DNA of 64,000 nt from Paraspadella gotoi (lineage: Eukaryota; Animalia; Chaetognatha), in assembly GCA_051294375.1 (NCBI GenBank), contig CM119263.1, positions 4,515,860 through 4,579,859 of the forward strand, read 5' to 3'. The notes below the pieces were generated by a model. It was not told the DNA's origin, ran no database searches, and was given only the letters and a program-made list of their open reading frames with translations. Each line of letters starts with the position of its first letter. Position 1 is the first letter of the stretch. Position numbers and translations under genes: made by a program. Of the stretch, positions 54,901 through 64,000 are shown piece by piece.

Positions 54901-57622
54901 CAAATAAAAGGCCCGATATAAAAATGATGCATCAATTGAATTTCATAAAGTGTCAGAACATTTTTAATCCCGATTTAAAAAGGAAAAATAGAGAACAAAG
55001 TATAGGAAACGGAAACACAGAAACTGGGTTTTAACCACCCTGAGAACCCAGAAAAAAAACGAGAAGATGGACCCAAAACAGACAGGAATTTTTTCGAGCG
55101 AAAGAATTAAAGAGGTGGGACAGGAGGAGGGGAGAGGAGAGAGGAGAGAGAGAACGCACGACGAGAGCATGAGCAAGAGATGAACTGTTCAAAACAAGGG
55201 GGATCTGTGAGGGCGCACGAACTGAAAAGAGGGAAAGAGTTGAGGAGGTCGAGGGAGCCCTGGATCGCGACAAGAGAGAGACGTAGAAAGAAAGAAACGA
55301 GCAGGAGCGACAGAGAAGAGAGAGGTAGTAGAAATAAGCAGAGTGTACATCGGGAGGCATCAGGTATGCGCCTGCCTCAGTCGATTGCCTCCGGTACAGA
55401 CGAGCGAGAGACCGTCGAAGTAACTTTCAGACCGCGACTAGATGTAAGTGAGCAGATAAGATCCGAGCAGGCGACGTCGTCCAAAGCAAGGACAAGATAA
55501 GTTATCTCCGGACGGGCGAGGAATAGCGTGGGAGCCGAAAGGCTGAGAGAGAGATGAGATGCACCGGTTGAGCCGCGGCGAAACACAGAGCAATGACGAC
55601 GGATGTGAGCGCACCGACAGGTGGTGCGCAGGATGTCCTGCAAGAGCGAGGGAAGGGAGGGACCGGCGAGTAGCGAGAAGACAGCTGAGCCGAGCTGCAT
55701 CCGGAGAGGGACGAACGCGGAACTGAAGAGAGAGATGAGAGTAAGAGGCGAGAGCAGACTGAGGACGAGCACGAGATATAGACCGCCGGGCGAATGATAT
55801 ACGACGAGGACTTCTTACTCAACGCGTTCATTTTTATGTACGCGTTTGAGCGTTGATGGGTCGCTCTTATGTTTCTATCGCCTCCTCTGTTCTTTATTTC
55901 GCTCCGAAAATCCCAGTCCCTTTGAACGCGAAAGGTGAACTCACGTGAAGTTACCAGGTCTTGTTTTTATTCCTCGATGCCATTCGTCGATTTGATTACC
56001 AGGCGAAAACATTTGTTTGAGAGGGGGGGCAAAACTCTATAACGCTTTCTGCTCATGAAAATACGACGAAGAATCTCGTTATTCCGGCCGGTCACTCGGC
56101 GTAAATATCATTTAAATATCTTAGTAAAACCGATTTTCATCTCGTATTAGCTCCAAGACATGACGTGGTACAGGACGGTATGGCCGATGAAAGAGAACTT
56201 ATTTATGCACGTAAATAACAGTCATTTCCATGCTCTCGACAGGGGGAGTTTTCCCTCGCTCAGAACAGGTTTCAGTTATACCACTGTATGTGGTAGACTT
56301 ATCTGTTTAAATATAAGAGCATCGACAAAAAAAAAAACCGCTTTTCTTGCGGGCGACAAGCGTGACATGGAACCAACTTTTGGAAGAACCAACCTTAGAT
56401 CTAGCGGATACACAGGACTCCGCGCCGAGGCCAATGTCAATGAAGAGAGTAGATGAGGGAATGAAACGCGGAGAGATGCCAGAGAGAGAAGACGAGATAG
56501 ACGACGAAGAAGACTGCGACGATGAGAGAGACGAAGAGAACAGAATGTCTGGCTACAACTTTAAAGCTTAAATCTTTCTCCAAATTTCCTTCAAAAACAG
56601 GGACCGCGCTTCCAACATTTATATGTTTATTCTCCTCTTGGCATTTCGGATGTACGCAAAAAACGACAATTACTTTTCTTGTCATTTAACAATTACAATA
56701 GAACAAAAAGTAATTACTTCGGGAAAAAATTCGTGCGCATAGGAATAGAATTTTCGTCTTTTACTTGTCTTTTAAACTTTTTTGTTTTCCTTCTTTCTTT
56801 TCACGGTTCTTGTTTCCAATTTTTGCAGTTTCTGATGCCGTATGACTCTGTCGTGATAGCACATAGATAGATAAAACTCTCGTTTCCGCCGCCGAACGCC
56901 AGGGGATGATTCGGCGCTGCAGTCGTCACACATGGAAGACCGTTGCTAAGGACGCCCCGAGGCATCGTTGTCAACGAAGCGCGGAAAGGAAGGAATTGAA
57001 AGGTTAGGAAGAGAAAAAAGGGTGAGGGAGGGTAAGTGAGTGGTTTATGGGTGCGAAGGAGAAAAGAAAGAGTTATTAGAAACGTGGGTAAGGTTTTGAT
57101 GTAGAAATGATGTAGCGCTTCTGTTAATCGAGTTCAACAGCTCAGAGCGAAGAGAGAGAGAAAAAGTTAGTTTCTTAGGAAAGTAAGTGAAGTCAACTCG
57201 ACCTATCTATTGAAATCCACCCAATTTCAATTTTTGGTATGTATATTTATTATGGTATCAAAGTATAAATTTCACTCACAAATTACAAATTGAGAATAAA
57301 AACAAATTTCAAGTCAGTTTTTACGTTTCCGTGACCCACTTCTTTCGACGGTATTTATCAATCCGAATTCCGAAATCACCCAAAACCAAAAAATAATCAT
57401 CGAATCACCAACAACCGGTGACGTCGTGAATTGAGACGGTGATTCGAGGATGATCCACGCGAAAATCACCAAACGGGACGGAATTTGGGCAAATCGGCGC
57501 AACGCCCCTTCTTGTCTGTGATCGGACTGAAAAATACGGACAGAGAGACGAATTTTCCAATTTTTTTTAACCAAGCGCGTAATTTAAGCTTTCTCTTTTG
57601 TCAAAGTGATAGCATCACCAAC

Positions 57623-57687
57623 CTGCGAGTGCATTTGGCCAAGCATTTCGCCAAGCAAAGTTCCGCCTTGGTCGGCTTTGGCGGCGG
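57623..57687 (-). CDS. Exon of an unidentified spliced gene (segment 5 of 5)
   Basis: Follows a 97-nt intron with acceptor ttctcttctttcAG; donor cag|GTtggt; 65 nt. PPPKPTKAELCLAKCLAKCTR in phase 0. Confidence 0.6.
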
Positions 57688-57784
57688 CTGAAAGAAGAGA
57701 AGTAAATCGTCAAGGCATTCTCTTCAGTCCTTACCCAGTCATCGTTCACAGCCTCGCTAATAAACTCACTCCTGCAGCCCTTAC

Positions 57785-57829
57785 CATTTTCGCCGGCGGA
57801 ATCGCGGCCATGATGAGGATAAGCTGGTC
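57785..57829 (-). CDS. Exon of an unidentified spliced gene (segment 4 of 5)
   Basis: Acceptor cttgtcctcAG and donor atg|GTaagg; 45 nt. DQLILIMAAIPPAKM in phase 0, with 12 of 15 codons ending in G/C; another frame is also open. Confidence 0.6.
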
Positions 57830-57913
57830 CTGAGGACAAGTTCGCTTCCCGCAGAATTCGGCTTCAAAAAAAAAGAAGGATAAGGGAGAAATTGAGTCAT
57901 TTTGGTTGCAACA

Positions 57914-57951
<38 letters not shown>

Positions 57952-58043
57952 GTCGTCGTCCTTTCCCGCGTCTAGTCTTTTGTTGACCGACGGCGCCATT
58001 TGTTTATTAAAGTCAGACGAAGAAGATGATTATGACAATGATT

Positions 58044-58115
<72 letters not shown>

Positions 58116-58299
58116 ATGATGCCGAAGATGATGATAATTATGATACTGAAGACGAAAATGACGACAATAAAAAAAGAGACGACATCGACATCGTCCTCCA
58201 ATAAAACCAATACTTTCCCTTCGCCAATCCAACCCAATTCACCAACGCCACCCACTCATTCTCCCGGCGCCACTCTCCCTCCCCCTCCCTTCCACCGAC

Positions 58300-58355
58300 G
58301 TTTGCCTGGCGGAACGGCGCCATTAAAATCTCTAGCGGCGTCGCCACGAGTCTTT
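58300..58355 (-). CDS. Exon of an unidentified spliced gene (segment 3 of 5)
   Basis: Acceptor gacgaAG (alternative ctAG start at 58331) and donor aac|GTcggt; 56 nt, phase 1 to 0. Translates (E)RLVATPLEILMAPFRQAN and supplies exactly the phase change needed between its neighbours. Confidence 0.5.
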
Positions 58356-58813
58356 CTTCGTCGCCAGACGGTGGAACGGTGAAAAGACTTGATCCACACC
58401 TTTTTCCATTACATCCTAGTGAAACCGAACCCTTTCTCCCCACACTTCTTCCCCACAACTCCTTTTATTGACCGTCACACTTCTTCCCTTTGAATCTCCG
58501 ATTAAACGACAAGCTTTCCCGCCACACCTCTTTCACACAACTCCATTTGACAGCCTTCGGTTTTAAAAACCTCACAAATTCACGAGCTGATTTAATTTGG
58601 TGGTCACTCACCGTCAATCCCCATTCCGACCTGACCCAAACCAAAAGCCTAACCCCATACCCAGCCTCAGCCCAGTCTCATCTCCATCTCCAGCCCCAGC
58701 CCCAGCTTCGGCCTCAGCCCCATCCAAAGCCCAACCCTCTCGTCTCTATCCTTCCCTAATTTAACGCGAAGAACAAACATTTCGAAAATCCTCTTTATTT
58801 TGTTACGTCGCCC

Positions 58814-58885
<72 letters not shown>

Positions 58886-59363
58886 CCATTCCATCTCGCT
58901 CTCGCCCGAAGACAAACATACGCGTCTCAGAAGCGAAGTTTTTCTCTTCTCTCGTGTCAACATCATTTCCACGTCACCCTTACTTTTTCTTTTCTTTTCT
59001 TTTCTGTTCTGTTTTTTCTTTTCTTTTCCTTTCTTTTCTTTTTTTTTTGTCATTTAATTTTTTATATTTGAAATGTTTTCTATTTCTTCCTAATGTTTTT
59101 TTCATTCTTTGTGCTAATTTTTTTTCTTTGTTTTTTAAACCATCGTCATCAAACTAACCATTTTTTCACTTACTCCGCAAACGCAAAAAAGTCCTTCGTA
59201 AGCATCAACTCGGACTTCCCATCTCTGCTTCCACTCATCTTCCCATCTTCCTTCCCACTAACAATCCTTCCTTCCTATCCCTACCCACACGCAACAACAC
59301 CTCCCTCTCTCCCACGCCACAACCTTGGCCCACAAATCTCCCCCCCCCCTCCACGACCCCTAC

Positions 59364-59480
59364 CCAGTTTCCTGCATCGGTAGTGATTGGGATCCCAATT
59401 CTCCCACCGCTTGAGTCGAGGCGTCGGGGAAATCGTGAGAGCGTCCGTGTGCTTCCCCACGCGGTAGGGCATGCGACGAC
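59364..59480 (-). CDS. Exon of an unidentified spliced gene (segment 2 of 5)
   Basis: C/T-rich tract then cacaaAG; donor g|GTaggg; 117 nt, phase 1-1. Translates (G)RRMPYRVGKHTDALTISPTPRLKRWENWDPNHYRCRKL; high-complexity, GC3-rich island. Confidence 0.6.
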
Positions 59481-59792
59481 CTTTGTGGGCAAGAGAGTGT
59501 GGGGAGTGGGCGTGGTGAGTGAGGAGTGGGTAGGTGAGTGGGTGAGAAAAACAACGGATGGACGGTAGAGATATCAAAGAGGGATAAAACGGATAAATAG
59601 CAGGGGAGAGAAAGGAAGACACTAAGTCACACTGACGGACAGAAAGACAGAATATAGAAACACTGGAAAAATGTGGACAGACAGACAGACAGTCAGCAAG
59701 ACAGAGTGACGGACCGACGCATAGATAACTAAGGACGAGATAAAGGATAAGGCAAAAGGGTAAGGATAGGTGAAGATCCGCATCTAACTTAC

Positions 59793-59865
59793 CCGCGCAT
59801 TCCTCCCAAGCGCGAATCTCGCGCATCTGCATGTCCTCGGGAAATGGTGTCTTCGCGCCGATGTC
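59793..59865 (-). CDS. Exon of an unidentified spliced gene (segment 1 of 5)
   Basis: Acceptor ttttgttttcAG and donor g|GTaagt; 73 nt, phase 0 to 1. Translates DIGAKTPFPEDMQMREIRAWEECA; 18 of 24 codons end in G/C. Confidence 0.7.
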
Positions 59866-60064
59866 CTGAAAACAAAAGGGAAACGAAATGGAAAGATGAA
59901 AGTGAAAAACTAAGGTTCTGGACAGAAAATTAGCCCAATCACCAAAAAAAAAAAATACTTTTTGTGAAAGATAATTCGTCTAATGTCGCGCTTTCCCTAC
60001 TTTTTGGTCAATATTTTTTACGGCCATTTCTACCCTCGATATCCGAGTGAATTTAAGCGTTAAG

Positions 60065-60146
60065 CATGAGAATAAGCGACAATTCTCACGCTTCTTCAAA
60101 GAGTTTTTACGTGGGAATACTGTGAGAATTGTTGCTTATTCTCATG
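60065..60146. other. Inverted repeat: 26-bp arms, 30-nt loop (pre-miRNA-like hairpin or tiny MITE)
   Basis: catgagaataagcgacaattctcacg (60065-60090) pairs with tgtgagaattgttgcttattctcatg (60121-60146): 24 of 26 Watson-Crick pairs, and both exceptions are G:U on the + strand. Confidence 0.8.
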
Positions 60147-63100
60147 ACGAACGTCTGATGTTTCGCCCGTAACGAATTGTCTCAAAGCGAGTTTCATTCG
60201 CAAATATTTTATAATACTATAACTTAAAGAAGAATTATAAAATCAAAGATCTGAGTTTGATCCTATTACAAAATACAAATCTTTAAAAAAAAATATTAAA
60301 AAAAGGATATTTAAAACAATAGAAACAAAAAATAGAGATATTAACATTGAAAAGAGAAAACAGCTCAGAGCTGAGTAAGATTTTTTTTTCGAAACTCCTC
60401 TCGACAGAACGGAAGTCAATGAATAATCGATGAATCCCCTCTCTCTCTTTCTCTCTCNNNNNNNNNNNNNNNNNNNNNNNNNNNNNNNNNNNNNNNNNNN
60501 NNNNNNNNNNNNNNNNNNNNNNNNNNNNNNNNNNNNNNNNNNNNNNNNNNNNNNNNNNNNNNNNNNNNNNNNNNNNNNNNNNNNNNNNNNNNNNNNNNNN
60601 NNNNNNNNNNNNNNNNNNNNNNNNNNNNNNNNNNNNNNNNNNNNNNNNNNNNNNNNNNNNNNNNNNNNNNNNNNNNNNNNNNNNNNNNNNNNNNNNNNNN
60701 NNNNNNNNNNNNNNNNNNNNNNNNNNNNNNNNNNNNNNNNNNNNNNNNNNNNNNNNNNNNNNNNNNNNNNNNNNNNNNNNNNNNNNNNNNNNNNNNNNNN
60801 NNNAAAAACAAGAAAAACCCAGATTAAGTTCTCAAGTCCCGGATGTAATTGGTTTTTCTTTCCTAGATCCCGTATGTAACTGCCTCTCTCGTTATCAAAA
60901 CTTCCTGCCTCTTGTTTCTTTCCTTTTTTTCNNNNNNNNNNNNNNNNNNNNNNNNNACTTACTCGCTACCTCTCCTCTTCCTCTCGACCACTCACCCTCC
61001 CCTATCCCCATTCTTCTTCCTCCTCCTACTCGCCTCCCCATATCCATACCTCTCTCTCAGCCCCCTTACGTATCCCACATAGACCCGAGAACTATCCACA
61101 CCTTTCTCACTCACTCACATCTTCCCATGTCATACATCTCTACTTCTCACACCCTTAATACACAGTTCAATAAGCAAATACAACTTCTCTTTCACCTCTC
61201 TTCTCTAACATTTACTTCAAATATTCGGTCTCCCAAACTATCTCAGCACACACAGGGATTAAAAAAGTTGGAGGCGGCACGTCGGGTGGGCGGGAACACC
61301 CGGAGAAATGGTGGGCAAAGAGTTAAACCTGCGTTTCAGAAGACGTCGCGAATTCTGGATTCTGGCACGAGGATCCTCGAAAAGTTAGGACCGCGCACGA
61401 TTGGCTTCTTGAAGGCGGAGGCGATTTGGCGCCAAGATTGCTTGAAAAGCGCGGGGAAAGATCCGCGGTTAAGATTGTCAACAAAGATATAATCATTTGC
61501 GTGCTCGCTATATGGGACGAGAACTCGTTTTGCACACGCGGGGAACAATTGGATGCAGATTGACCCAGATGCGGGTAGACATTATCACAAAGTAATTCAA
61601 GCGCATTTGTCGTGAAACCTTACTTGAAGTTGACAATTATCATTCGGAATTGGGTTACAAAATAGCAGTAAGTACAAATACAAAGCACTGTGCTTCCCTC
61701 TCCTCCGAAAACTGGTTGGCACGCAAGGTTTTTTAACACATTCCCGCAATTCTGCTTATATATATGACTGCGCCCACTCAATTCTGATGGCATCACATGG
61801 CGGGAACGGGATTAAAAGGTCGGGAGAGACACGGGAGACCCCGGTTACCACGTAGGCTCTAGAGCGAGGAGACGAATTTAATATCTCCTGCGCAAATATG
61901 GATGGGGAAAGTAAGCTGATGGAAAGGAGGAGGAGTTCACAAACTAAATCATTCAGATGCCAGATAATGAGAAAATTCGGACAAAAATCACAGGGTAGAT
62001 TTCGGTTCGGGCTGTTGAAAGGATTCTATCGGTAATAAGAGCGCAGAGAAGTTTTTTCATTTATAGAAAATAAAGGGATTCGCTTTGTTATAGAACATTT
62101 GCGATACGCGAATTAATAGGTTTAATCCAAAGACAAGTGTTCTATTAATATCTATTACCTGATGATAAAAAAAATCTGGCTGTAATACTATAACTCCGAA
62201 AGTAAATGCAAAGACGAAACCATTACTCCAGTCAGTAAATTAACCAATTACAGTATTTACCTTTTATGTTAAATCTTCTGCCCAACTCAAAATTAAACGG
62301 GCCTCTTTGAAACGGAGATCATCTACCAAGAAATAAAAATTCCCATTCATCCAACCTCTCACTTGCGCCAAGCCGTTCTGGATCGCTCGAAGAAGAAAGG
62401 CCCCGCCGGCCGGAGTGGAGAACGCTGCTCAATATGGCCTCACGTTCGGTGAGGTCCGCCCCTCATAAACACAACGAATGTCGTAACAACAACATCGTAT
62501 ATTAAGATCTCTCCCCCCCCCCTTGACCCCCCTTTCTTCCCTCGAGACTATGGACCCAGCGAGTACTTTCGATTTGGTCACGCCCGCGCCCCACTCCTCT
62601 CCCTTCTTTCGTCAGATAGCTGGTCATAGTCCGTTACTCACCCGTGACCTCTAGGCGAACACCAAGAAGCTCCTTTCCGGTCTCGGTCACTCCTACAAAC
62701 GAAGCACCCTGCGAAATCGTTATTACGCGATACATACTACGATGGAGTTTTAGGGGTGGAAGGTGAGGGGAGGAAGAATACGTGATCGGGATATGCTGGG
62801 TAACTTGTATATAATTAGTTGGTTTGATGTTTTACGCGAATTTAAAGAGATGAAGAAGTAGAGAGATGAGAGAGAGAGAGAGATGAGATGATGGAGTGTA
62901 GAGAGTAGAGAGAGTGAGCAGAGAGAGTAGAGAGAGAGACTTAGAGTTATGGGTTCAAAATATCAAATTCATATTTTCTGAATCCTAAATATACTTTCTA
63001 TTTCTTAACCTGCCCTTTTTTAAGCCACCAGAGGCAAATGTTTGATAGCCGAAAAAAAAATATCGAATAACTCCGTGGACATATAAAAAATTTAAAAGGG

Positions 63101-64000
63101 ACGAGAAAAAATCAAAAGATTACAAATATAAGGAGACGTAGGAAAGAAATAAAGATGAGACGGTGAAAAGAATAAAAAGGCGGGGCCAAATCTCCTGGCG
63201 AATCGTGAGTCGTCGAATCTTCGCGCTTTTTCCGCCTCGAGGAGATAAGAGCGTAGATTGTTATGTTGGCAGATAAAATATAGCAAATAGGTATTAGCAA
63301 AGAAAGAATAAGTGTTTTTGTTTTTTTTTTCCTCGTTCTGCTTTCTTTTACTGATATTACCGTTCGACATTCGTTACGTTTGTATATTTATCGCGTTACT
63401 TTTTGTTTTTTCGTTAACTGCATTTCGTTGCCATTTCGTAATATATGCCATTTGGCCGCCCACGGCCCGCATACGCACGCCGAAATAGCCGCACTTACAG
63501 TAGACCACGAGCCAGAAACAACACCACCGCCAAACGAGAGGAGACGACCCGACCGCCGCCTTGCCAATTTCCAACCATAAAGTTTTCACCTCTATCTCAA
63601 TTTACAGTTTTAAATCGAAAATAAATACAGTACACCACTCAACATATTTTCGTTTTAGAGGAAGAAAAGAACGGGAAAGGAAAAGGCAACGGAGGAAAGG
63701 AGAGGAGAAAAATTATTGAAAAGAAGGAATAGAGAGACGTAAGAAAGAGAGGTAAGACGGAGAAAGAGGAGAGGGAGGCGCTAAAAGGAAAGTAAGAAGA
63801 TGGCAGAAAGCAAGAGAAACTGAATGAAGGCTCCCCGTTCAACTTTAACCGGTGGATTGGAAAAGTAAAATAATGATTTTCAGCATTAATGGATGAGGTT
63901 TTTCTTCGAGTCCTAACGTGAGAGTGGAAAATTCATTAGACTTCGCGTTCCGAAAGACAGTCCGAGCACTGTAAACAGAGAATTTGACGAAACAAGAGAG

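Noticed and set aside
55180-55830. Overlapping ORFs in a GC-rich island, possibly downstream exons of the - strand gene
   Set aside because: The sequence looks noisy and no consistent frame, motif or exon boundaries could be established.

Overview
This is eukaryotic DNA, most likely from an invertebrate animal, in a fragmented draft assembly. It has many N gaps, dense (GA)n/(GAT)n/(GAC)n microsatellites and minisatellites, and stretches that look like uncorrected, insertion-rich long-read gap fill (six gaps of exactly 25 N; one flanked by a 1.6-1.8 kb false duplication). Almost all ORFs in the supplied track are artefacts of N runs or simple repeats. Real coding signal is in short spliced exons. 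(1) A + strand FGFRL1/nou-darake-like Ig-domain receptor gene, with clean Ig2/Ig3 exons at 27351-27519 and 28047-28162 and further exons apparently masked by sequencing indels. (2) A - strand RRM-domain exon (23890-24412) lying between two predicted exons of that receptor gene. (3) A - strand five-exon chain at 57.6-59.9 kb encoding a 118-aa segment I cannot assign to a family, with an apparent error-ridden + strand paralog at 47.7-50.4 kb facing it. There is also a Helentron/HINE-like element and a 26-bp-stem hairpin. I found no rRNA, tRNA, CRISPR array or prokaryotic-type system. All family assignments are from motif recognition by eye, not database searches.
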